Shown in pieces: positions 12,600-24,681 of a stretch of 64,000 nt of DNA. The DNA comes from Haliotis rufescens (taxonomy: Eukaryota), in assembly GCF_023055435.1 (NCBI RefSeq), contig NW_025963802.1, positions 558,001 to 622,000 of the forward strand, in the 5' to 3' direction. The position numbers and the translations under genes are program-made. Each line of letters begins with the position of its first letter. The stretch's first letter is position 1. The notes under the pieces were generated by a model, which worked only from the letters and a program-made list of their open reading frames with translations, was not told the origin of the DNA and searched no databases.

Positions 12600-12890
12600 T
12601 TTGAGTATCTATTGAGTAACGTGAAAATCGTTGTCAAGAAAGGGAAATAGCATGTTATCGTTACTCATCTGGTAAATTCAGTTCACACCACTCATTGTGA
12701 ATTATGTTATCAGTTTTACTTTCACCTGCATTCATATATTTCCCAATTTACAAGAACGTTTTATGTTACATATTCGTACTTTTATGAATTGGCTCATCAT
12801 AAAGATTGAAAACAGCCAGATGCGCAGCAGATGAATCAAACATTAAAAGTATACATATATATCACAAGCAAACCTTAAAATAGTACTTAC

Positions 12891-12942
12891 AGTTTGGTCT
12901 TGACTCGTATCTGTGTCTTAACGGCAGGTGAAGATAAGAGAT
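12891..12942 (-). other. Putative non-coding exon 1 (copy 2 shown), followed by intron 1 (12609-12890)
   Basis: Consensus donor ACT|GTAAGT at 12891/12890; acceptor TTTTCACGTTACTCAATAG|ATACTCAAAATG at 12609/12608, 9 nt before the ATG. Confidence 0.72.
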
Positions 12943-12964
12943 GATGGAACAGTTTCCCCCATCC

Positions 12965-12974
12965 TTTATATATA
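12965..12974 (-). promoter_or_regulatory. TATA box of the Gly/Tyr-rich gene (copy 2 shown; same offset from the ATG in copies 2-11; absent in copy 1)
   Basis: Minus strand reads GGTATATATAAAGGATGG, ~28-30 nt upstream of an Inr-like CCATCATCT (putative +1 at ~12942). Confidence 0.75.
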
Positions 12975-15900
12975 CCATTTGTGAATTATACGTGATTAAT
13001 TTACCTTGGGCTGGCCACTTCCAGGTAAGAGACGCACCTCAGTTTAATGGTGTAAAGTAAGCATTCTTTTCGCATCAAAGGGCCCGAGGTTATCACCCTA
13101 CGGGTACACATGCGAGCTGGTATACATGAACATCGATTAAGGAAGTACAAGACAACGTATATAAAGGTGGCAAACAGACACACTCTCTCTGGCATCGTCT
13201 AACTGCATTTCAAACAGTCCTCGATACTCAACGTTTAACCTATATCAAGTAAATATTCGATAACGGTCTGAAAAGTGTGTATCCAGTAAATATATGATGT
13301 GGGAGCAACATACATCAGACATTATAATGCATCTGTGTGATACGACATAACAAGAGACCAGAAAACTGACGCAACACACTAGTACAGCCTTACCACAGTA
13401 CAGCAGTAGCACTGTACCACACGGGGTCAACTATGCTAACCGTTTCCGTGTAATACAGCAGCCTGCTCACAAGAAAATAGCTTCTGCTGAATATACTGCA
13501 GAAGTCCCCAGATACTGCATTATTCTCCCCGAATTTTATTTATCTTACTGCACAATAACAATAAACTACAACAGCTTTATTTCCTAACTGATAGGTACAT
13601 ATATTGGTTTCTTCTCACAAAGGGACTGTCACTATGAATATTCACAACACCATTTTATGCGTGTAATATCTGTTAAAAGCCTAAAGTACACCAATGTCTT
13701 CTGAAAACATGATTGACATATGAACAACCGCTTGTTTTCTCGTCTTTGTTGACTTGTCTTTGTATGTGTTTGTGACGGAGGAACCGTTGGGGCAGGATAC
13801 GCTTACTTTTTGGCAACCGCCAGGTATCATCACTATCTGGTAGTCATTCATACGCACATGCGTGTGATCATTAAAGTCGAAATCGTACAATGGTCTCTGC
13901 TTCGAGCAGAGGTTTCGAATGATTCTGAAAAGGGTTATGTGGCTTTTATTTGCAACTGCGTTTCTTGAGAGAAGTCTCTTATTTTCAACATATCATCTTG
14001 ATAATTGTACACTTCATTATCAAGGCATTTGTAATAATACGAGCATCACTAAATTTGTTATCTCAATTTCTATAGATAACGCCTGAATGTTGATATAATA
14101 ATCATTCAATGATGACCCTTTAACTACATAAATCGTCAACGTCAGAAAATAATCAGGCTCCATTATCTGCTGAAACAGATTTCATTGAGTGTAAAAGGCA
14201 AGGTTGTGCTAAAACATATGCTGAATATCAGTGATGTCATCAGGTGTTAATGAATAGTTTATATTTGTATATATTTGTTGGGTGTTTCATGAGCTCCTCC
14301 GTCAGTTACATCGTGTGCCAGATTGGGAGAATGTTGTCTTTTGACAATGTCTCAACCATTCATACATTTGCATATATACTTAATCACTGTTGCAAATAAC
14401 TCACTTTAACGTGTTTTAATCTTGGGGTGAGTCTTTGGTTCTAAACATTAGAAGAAAGAAGAAAGTATATAAATCGCCTCTACCCTTTACGTATGCCCTT
14501 GACATGATGAAGCAGTAGTGATAGTGATGACTGTGTTCTTTTAAGGCGTGTTTAAACCAAAACTCATACCAAGAATAAAATATGCGCAAATCAGTTTGAC
14601 AATGTGTAACTATGTAAGGATTTCCCAGAACCGTACATCTAAAAGTAAAGACGTGTGTTTTCAGAAGAAAATGCTCTTAAAGTATAACACAAAGGTGTTT
14701 TCAAAGATAGACATGACCAAACGACTTGTTTTTACAGTCTGGTTGTTGTTATAAAAAGACTTATGACAAGCTTTAAAGTTGGACCATTTATTCCGCTGAA
14801 TTTCACTCTCTACAGTTACCAAATGCAATCTCCTTTGTGTTAATAAGTGATTGTCACGTTTGCGTTGTAATCAAACAATAGGGATTTATTAGCTATTTGT
14901 TTGTTTATTGTAATCTTCAATCCTACCAATCCAGTTCGGAATCTTAAAATTCGCTGTCTGATTTAATCAATATGTATTTTACAAATAGCACCCACAGGGA
15001 AGGTGCTTAGTGAACACACAACTAAATATCTATATAGATACTTCTCCTATTAATTACATAAGCAGTATGCAAAATTTTAAATTGCATCATCAAATCAAGA
15101 AGCACATGTTTGATGGAAATTACAAATAATTCCTAGTTTGATAAGCTACACCCGGACAAGCGTATTTAATAGTTACTTTTGAATTCAATCGTTTTGTTTG
15201 TGTTATTAATAAACTGTCAAGATATGTTACTGTCATGGAAATTCTAACTGTATGCATTCCCTTCTAACCAAAGCAGTAAGAATCTTGCAACATTTGTTTT
15301 GATGCTCTACATCACCATGGCTTTCGCTGTTTCATTGCAGCAGCTCAGATATTATTTATACAAAGCGCCATAACAACATGTAGATTGTATTCTGAATACA
15401 ACTTTCGCTCATTTTCAAGGACAGCGCACACATTTGCATTTCAATACAGTGCACACTGTCTACCCTTGATCCCGTTAATGAACGCTTTGACCAAAATTGA
15501 TACTCCTGCTTATTTGTTTCGCTGCATGTTTTTAAAATGCAAATTGAAATACAGCCAGCCAATTCCAGATATTATGGTACTTCAAATGGCCAACAAACCC
15601 TTCCGTGGCAGCCCAAATGACACATTACCGTGAAACATGAACTCGGGTAAGTGACATTTTGTGGGAGATATATCAAGCATAAAATCACTCCTCTTATCAT
15701 CATGTCCGGTTCACTCCTCTTATCATCATGTCCGGTTTCCTCAGGAACGTAATAGCACATATCAGTAGTTGATATCTTAGCTTGAAGTAAAACGCAATAT
15801 CATTTAAGTGCTTGGATATTGGTCGACAACACGCACTATGTCCAGAGTTTACAATATGGATAAACATAGATCACTCTTCCATTGTGAACATTCAATTCAG

Positions 15901-16020
15901 TTTTCAGATTCTCAAACAAATTTCAAGGCGTAAATAAATATGACAAGATTTTATTGAACCAATTCCATTGGTTTGAGAATATACATAAATAGCCAGCATC
16001 ACACTGCAGGTGATAATAAC

Positions 16021-16633
16021 TCAATAATAGCCGATACCTGAAACAAAAAAATAGTAGAATAAAGTTGGGATATATGGATAAGTCACAACGAAGGTTTGAA
16101 ACTAGCTGCATGATAAGCTAAACCAAATATTAGAGAAAGCAGAGAATAATTTTAAAGATGTTTTGTAAATGTCATCAGCTTTGTCGCGTAAAATAATAAT
16201 ACCACATAGGTAAATTATATAATTTTGCAAACGAGACTGAAGGTGGGATACGATAAACAAATGATATCATATTTTGTGAAATACCTTTTCCCAATCCCAT
16301 TCCGTATCCTCCAATTCCGCCGTAGAGACCACCATAGCCTCCAAGTCCTCCGTGCAGACCTCCCATGCCTCCGTATAGACCTCCCACGCCTCCGTATAGA
16401 CCTCCCATGCCTCCGTATAGACCTCCCACGCCTCCGTATAGACCTCCCATGCCTCCGTACAGACCTCCATAGCCTCCGTACAGACCTCCAAGGCCTCCGT
16501 ACAATCCACCCATTCCGTAGCCAATTCCGCCCAGTCCTCCTTTCAACCCGCCAATTCCACCATACAGACCGGTAGGCTCGGCAAAGGCGGTAATAGCCAG
16601 GCAGGCAACAAGAGCGGCGACTATCTTCATCAT
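16021..16633 (-). CDS. Secreted Gly/Tyr-rich protein, copy 3 (join 16285..16633, 16021..16037; 121 aa; Ile14 and His variant)
   Basis: Same exon/intron structure and protein as copy 2; TATA at 16999-17008. Confidence 0.88.
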
Positions 16634-19600
16634 TTTGAGTATCTATTGAGTAACGTGAAAATCGTTGTCAAGAAAGGGAAATAGCATGTTATCGTTACTC
16701 ATCTGGTAAATTCAGTTCACACCACTCATTGTGAATTATGTTATCAGTTTTACTTTCACCTGCATTCATATATTTCCCAATTTACAAGAACGTTTTATGT
16801 TACATATTCGTACTTTTATGAATTGGCTCATCATAAAGATTGAAAACAGCCAGATGCGCAGCAGATGAATCAAACATTAAAAGTATACATATATATCACA
16901 AGCAAACCTTAAAATAGTACTTACAGTTTGGTCTTGACTCGTATCTGTGTCTTAACGGCAGGTGAAGATAAGAGATGATGGAACAGTTTCCCCCATCCTT
17001 TATATATACCATTTGTGAATTATACGTGATTAATTTACCTTGGGCTGGCCACTTCCAGGTAAGAGACGCACCTCAGTTTAATGGTGTAAAGTAAGCATTC
17101 TTTTCGCATCAAAGGGCCCGAGGTTATCACCCTACGGGTACACATGCGAGCTGGTATACATGAACATCGATTAAGGAAGTACAAGACAACGTATATAAAG
17201 GTGGCAAACAGACACACTCTCTCTGGCATCGTCTAACTGCATTTCAAACAGTCCTCGATACTCAACGTTTAACCTATATCAAGTAAATATTCGATAACGG
17301 TCTGAAAAGTGTGTATCCAGTAAATATATGATGTGGGAGCAACATACATCAGACATTATAATGCATCTGTGTGATACGACATAACAAGAGACCAGAAAAC
17401 TGACGCAACACACTAGTACAGCCTTACCACAGTACAGCAGTAGCACTGTACCACACGGGGTCAACTATGCTAACCGTTTCCGTGTAATACAGCAGCCTGC
17501 TCACAAGAAAATAGCTTCTGCTGAATATACTGCAGAAGTCCCCAGATACTGCATTATTCTCCCCGAATTTTATTTATCTTACTGCACAATAACAATAAAC
17601 TACAACAGCTTTATTTCCTAACTGATAGGTACATATATTGGTTTCTTCTCACAAAGGGACTGTCACTATGAATATTCACAACACCATTTTATGCGTGTAA
17701 TATCTGTTAAAAGCCTAAAGTACACCAATGTCTTCTGAAAACATGATTGACATATGAACAACCGCTTGTTTTCTCGTCTTTGTTGACTTGTCTTTGTATG
17801 TGTTTGTGACGGAGGAACCGTTGGGGCAGGATACGCTTACTTTTTGGCAACCGCCAGGTATCATCACTATCTGGTAGTCATTCATACGCACATGCGTGTG
17901 ATCATTAAAGTCGAAATCGTACAATGGTCTCTGCTTCGAGCAGAGGTTTCGAATGATTCTGAAAAGGGTTATGTGGCTTTTATTTGCAACTGCGTTTCTT
18001 GAGAGAAGTCTCTTATTTTCAACATATCATCTTGATAATTGTACACTTCATTATCAAGGCATTTGTAATAATACGAGCATCACTAAATTTGTTATCTCAA
18101 TTTCTATAGATAACGCCTGAATGTTGATATAATAATCATTCAATGATGACCCTTTAACTACATAAATCGTCAACGTCAGAAAATAATCAGGCTCCATTAT
18201 CTGCTGAAACAGATTTCATTGAGTGTAAAAGGCAAGGTTGTGCTAAAACATATGCTGAATATCAGTGATGTCATCAGGTGTTAATGAATAGTTTATATTT
18301 GTATATATTTGTTGGGTGTTTCATGAGCTCCTCCGTCAGTTACATCGTGTGCCAGATTGGGAGAATGTTGTCTTTTGACAATGTCTCAACCATTCATACA
18401 TTTGCATATATACTTAATCACTGTTGCAAATAACTCACTTTAACGTGTTTTAATCTTGGGGTGAGTCTTTGGTTCTAAACATTAGAAGAAAGAAGAAAGT
18501 ATATAAATCGCCTCTACCCTTTACGTATGCCCTTGACATGATGAAGCAGTAGTGATAGTGATGACTGTGTTCTTTTAAGGCGTGTTTAAACCAAAACTCA
18601 TACCAAGAATAAAATATGCGCAAATCAGTTTGACAATGTGTAACTATGTAAGGATTTCCCAGAACCGTACATCTAAAAGTAAAGACGTGTGTTTTCAGAA
18701 GAAAATGCTCTTAAAGTATAACACAAAGGTGTTTTCAAAGATAGACATGACCAAACGACTTGTTTTTACAGTCTGGTTGTTGTTATAAAAAGACTTATGA
18801 CAAGCTTTAAAGTTGGACCATTTATTCCGCTGAATTTCACTCTCTACAGTTACCAAATGCAATCTCCTTTGTGTTAATAAGTGATTGTCACGTTTGCGTT
18901 GTAATCAAACAATAGGGATTTATTAGCTATTTGTTTGTTTATTGTAATCTTCAATCCTACCAATCCAGTTCGGAATCTTAAAATTCGCTGTCTGATTTAA
19001 TCAATATGTATTTTACAAATAGCACCCACAGGGAAGGTGCTTAGTGAACACACAACTAAATATCTATATAGATACTTCTCCTATTAATTACATAAGCAGT
19101 ATGCAAAATTTTAAATTGCATCATCAAATCAAGAAGCACATGTTTGATGGAAATTACAAATAATTCCTAGTTTGATAAGCTACACCCGGACAAGCGTATT
19201 TAATAGTTACTTTTGAATTCAATCGTTTTGTTTGTGTTATTAATAAACTGTCAAGATATGTTACTGTCATGGAAATTCTAACTGTATGCATTCCCTTCTA
19301 ACCAAAGCAGTAAGAATCTTGCAACATTTGTTTTGATGCTCTACATCACCATGGCTTTCGCTGTTTCATTGCAGCAGCTCAGATATTATTTATACAAAGC
19401 GCCATAACAACATGTAGATTGTATTCTGAATACAACTTTCGCTCATTTTCAAGGACAGCGCACACATTTGCATTTCAATACAGTGCACACTGTCTACCCT
19501 TGATCCCGTTAATGAACGCTTTGACCAAAATTGATACTCCTGCTTATTTGTTTCGCTGCATGTTTTTAAAATGCAAATTGAAATACAGCCAGCCAATTCC

Positions 19601-20054
19601 AGATATTATGGTACTTCAAATGGCCAACAAACCCTTCCGTGGCAGCCCAAATGACACATTACCGTGAAACATGAACTCGGGTAAGTGACATTTTGTGGGA
19701 GATATATCAAGCATAAAATCACTCCTCTTATCATCATGTCCGGTTCACTCCTCTTATCATCATGTCCGGTTTCCTCAGGAACGTAATAGCACATATCAGT
19801 AGTTGATATCTTAGCTTGAAGTAAAACGCAATATCATTTAAGTGCTTGGATATTGGTCGACAACACGCACTATGTCCAGAGTTTACAATATGGATAAACA
19901 TAGATCACTCTTCCATTGTGAACATTCAATTCAGTTTTCAGATTCTCAAACAAATTTCAAGGCGTAAATAAATATGACAAGATTTTATTGAACCAATTCC
20001 ATTGGTTTGAGAATATACATAAATAGCCAGCATCACACTGCAGGTGATAATAAC

Positions 20055-20667
20055 TCAATAATAGCCGATACCTGAAACAAAAAAATAGTAGAATAAAGTT
20101 GGGATATATGGATAAGTCACAACGAAGGTTTGAAACTAGCTGCATGATAAGCTAAACCAAATATTAGAGAAAGCAGAGAATAATTTTAAAGATGTTTTGT
20201 AAATGTCATCAGCTTTGTCGCGTAAAATAATAATACCACATAGGTAAATTATATAATTTTGCAAACGAGACTGAAGGTGGGATACGATAAACAAATGATA
20301 TCATATTTTGTGAAATACCTTTTCCCAATCCCATTCCGTATCCTCCAATTCCGCCGTAGAGACCACCATAGCCTCCAAGTCCTCCGTGCAGACCTCCCAT
20401 GCCTCCGTATAGACCTCCCACGCCTCCGTATAGACCTCCCATGCCTCCGTATAGACCTCCCACGCCTCCGTATAGACCTCCCATGCCTCCGTACAGACCT
20501 CCATAGCCTCCGTACAGACCTCCAAGGCCTCCGTACAATCCACCCATTCCGTAGCCAATTCCGCCCAGTCCTCCTTTCAACCCGCCAATTCCACCATACA
20601 GACCGGTAGGCTCGGCAAAGGCGGTAATAGCCAGGCAGGCAACAAGAGCGGCGACTATCTTCATCAT
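20055..20667 (-). CDS. Secreted Gly/Tyr-rich protein, copy 4 (join 20319..20667, 20055..20071; 121 aa; Ile14 and His variant)
   Basis: Same as copies 2-3; TATA at 21033-21042. Confidence 0.88.
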
Positions 20668-23600
20668 TTTGAGTATCTATTGAGTAACGTGAAAATCGTT
20701 GTCAAGAAAGGGAAATAGCATGTTATCGTTACTCATCTGGTAAATTCAGTTCACACCACTCATTGTGAATTATGTTATCAGTTTTACTTTCACCTGCATT
20801 CATATATTTCCCAATTTACAAGAACGTTTTATGTTACATATTCGTACTTTTATGAATTGGCTCATCATAAAGATTGAAAACAGCCAGATGCGCAGCAGAT
20901 GAATCAAACATTAAAAGTATACATATATATCACAAGCAAACCTTAAAATAGTACTTACAGTTTGGTCTTGACTCGTATCTGTGTCTTAACGGCAGGTGAA
21001 GATAAGAGATGATGGAACAGTTTCCCCCATCCTTTATATATACCATTTGTGAATTATACGTGATTAATTTACCTTGGGCTGGCCACTTCCAGGTAAGTGA
21101 CGCACCTCAGTTTAATGGTGTAAAGTAAGCATTCTTTTCGCATCAAAGGGCCCGAGGTTATCACCCTACGGGTACACATGCGAGCTGGTATACATGAACA
21201 TCGATTAAGGAAGTACAAGACAACGTATATAAAGGTGGCAAACAGACACACTCTCTCTGGCATCGTCTAACTGCATTTCAAACAGTCCTCGATACTCAAC
21301 GTTTAACCTATATCAAGTAAATATTCGATAACGGTCTGAAAAGTGTGTATCCAGTAAATATATGATGTGGGAGCAACATACATCAGACATTATAATGCAT
21401 CTGTGTGATACGACATAACAAGAGACCAGAAAAACTGACGCAACACACTAGTACAGCCTTACCACAGTACAGCAGTAGCACTGTACCACACGGGGTCAAC
21501 TATGCTAACCGTTTCCGTGTAATACAGCAGCCTGCTCACAAGAAAATAGCTTCTGCTGAATATACTGCAGAAGTCCCCAGATACTGCATTATTCTCCCCG
21601 AATTTTATTTATCTTACTGCACAATAACAATAAACTACAACAGCTTTATTTCCTAACTGTTAGGTACATATATTGGTTTCTTCTCACAAAGGGACTGTCA
21701 CTATGAATATTCACAACACCATTTTATGCGTGTAATATCTGTTAAAAGCCTAAAGTACACCAATGTCTTCTGAAAACATGATTGACATATGAACAACCGC
21801 TTGTTTTCTCGTCTTTGTTGACTTGTCTTTGTATGTGTTTGTGACGGAGGAACCGTTGGGTCAGGATACGCTTACTTTTTGGCAACCGCCAGGTATCATC
21901 ACTATCTGGTAGTCATTCATACGCACATGCGTGTGATCATTAAAGTCGAAATCGTACAATGGTCTCTGCTTCGAGCAGAGGTTTCGAATGATTCTGAAAA
22001 GGGTTATGTGGCTTTAATTTGCAACTGCGTTTCTTGAGAGAAGTCTCTTATTTTCAACATATCATCTTGATAATTGTACACTTCATTATCAAGGCATTTG
22101 TAATAATACGAGCATCACTAAATTTGTTATCTCAATTTCTATAGATAACGCCTGAATGTTGATATAATAATCATTCAATGATGACCCTTTAACTACATAA
22201 ATCGTCAACGCCAGAAAATAATCAGGCTCCATTATCTGCTGAAACAGATTTCATTGAGTGTAAAAGGCAAGGTTGTGCTAAAACATATGCTGAATATCAG
22301 TGATGTCATCAGGTGTTAATGAATAGTTTATATTTGTATATATTTGTTGGGTGTTTCATGAGCTCCTCCGTCAGTTACATCGTGTGCCAGATTAGGAGAA
22401 TGTTGTCTTTTGACAATGTCTCAGCCATTCATACATTTGCATATATACTTAATCACTGTTGCAAATAACTCACTTTAACGTGTTTTAATCTTGGGGTGAG
22501 TCTTTGGTTCTAAACATTAGAAGAAAGAAGAAAGTATATAAATCGCCTCTACCCTTTACGTATGCCCTTGACATGATGAAGCAGTAGTGATAGTGATGAC
22601 TGTGTTCTTTTAAGGCGTGTTTAAACCAAAACTCATACCAAGAATAAAACATGCGCAAATCAGTTTGACAATGTGTAACTATGTAAGGGTTTCCCAGAAC
22701 CGTACATCTAAAAGTAAAGACGTGTGTTTTCAGAAGAAAATGCTCTTAAAGTATAACACAAAGGTGTTTTCAAAGATAGACATGACCAAACGACTTGTTT
22801 TTACAGTCTGGTTGTTGTTATAAAAAGACTTATGACAAGCTTTAAAGTTGGACCATTTATTCCGCTGAATTTCACTCTCTACAGTTACCAAATGCAATCT
22901 CCTTTGTGTTAATAAATGATTGTCACGTTTGCGTTGTAATCAAACAATAGGGATATATTAGCTATTTGTTTGTTTATTGTAATCTTCAATCCTACCAATC
23001 CAGTTCGGAATCTTAAAATTCGCTGTCTGATTTAATCAATATGTATTTTACAAATAGCACCCACAGGGAAGGTGCTTAGTGAACACACAACTAAATATCT
23101 ATATAGATACTTCTCCTATTAATTACATAAGCAGTATGCAAAATTTTAAATTGCATCATCAAATCAAGAAGTACATGTTTGATGGAAATTACAAATAAAT
23201 CCTAGTTTGATAAGCTACACCCGGACAAGCGTATTTAATAGTTACTTTTGAATTCAATCGTTTTGTTTGTGTTACAAATAAACTGTAAAGATATGTTACT
23301 GTCATGGAAATTCCAACTGTATGCATTCCCTTCTAACCAAAGCAGTAAGAATCTTGCAACATTTGTTTTGATGCTCTACATCACCATGGCTTTCGCTGTT
23401 TCATTGCAGCAGCTCAGATATTATTTATACAAAGCGCCATAACAACATGTAGATTGTATTCTGAATACAACTTTCGCTCATTTTCAAGGACAGCACACAC
23501 ATTTGCATTTCAATACAGTGCACACTGTCTACCCCTTGATCCCGTTAATGAACGCTTTGACCAAAATTGATACTCCTGCTTATTTGTTTCGCTGCATGTT

Positions 23601-24089
23601 TTTAAAATGCAAATTGAAATACAGCCAGCCAATTCCAGATATTATGGTACTTCAAATGGCCAACAAACCCTTTCGTGGCAGCCCAAATGATACATTCCCG
23701 TGAAACATGAACTCGGTAAGTGACATTTTGTGGGAGATATATCAAGCATAAAATCACTCCTCTTATCATCATGTCCGGTTCACTCCTCTTATCATCATGT
23801 CCGGTTTCCTCAGGAACGTAATAGCACATATCAGTAGTTGATATCTTAGCTTGAAGTAAAACGCAATATCATTTAAGTGCTTGGATATTGGTCGACAACA
23901 CGCATTATGTCCAGAGTTTACAATATGGATAAACATAGATCACTCTTCCATTGTGAACATTCAATTCAGTTTTCAGATTCTCAAACAAATTTCAAGGCGT
24001 AAATAAATATGACAAGATTTTATTGAACCAATTCCATTGGTTTGAGAATATACATAAATAGCCAGCATCACACTGCAGGTGATAATAAC

Positions 24090-24681
24090 TCAATAATAGC
24101 CGATACCTGAAACAAAAAAATAGTAGAATAAAGTTGGGATATATGGATAAGTCACAACGAAGTCTTGAAACTAGCTGCATGATAAGCTAAACCAAATATT
24201 AGAGAAAGCAGAGAATAATTTTAAAGATGTTTTGTAAATGGCATCAGCTTTGTCGCGTAAAATAATAATACCACATAGGTAAATTATATAATTTTGCAAA
24301 CGAGACTGAAGGTGGGATACGATAAACAAATGATATCATATTTTGTGAAATACCTTTTCCCAATCCCATTCCGTATCCTCCAATTCCGCCGTAGAGACCA
24401 CCATAGCCTCCAAGTCCTCCGTGCAGACCTCCCATGCCTCCGTATAGACCTCCCACGCCTCCGTATAGACCTCCCACGCCTCCGTATAGACCTCCCATGC
24501 CTCCGTACAGACCTCCATAGCCTCCGTACAGACCTCCAAGGCCTCCGTACAATCCACCCATTCCGTAGCCAATTCCGCCCAGTCCTCCTTTCAACCCGCC
24601 AATTCCACCATACAGACCAGTAGGCTCGGCAAAGGCGGTAACAGCCAGGCAGGCAACAAGAGCGGCGACTATCTTCATCAT
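24090..24681 (-). CDS. Secreted Gly/Tyr-rich protein, copy 5 (join 24354..24681, 24090..24106; 114 aa; one heptad deleted, His variant)
   Basis: In-frame 21-bp loss (ORF track 145 vs 152 aa); splice sites intact; TATA at 25047-25056. Confidence 0.88.
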
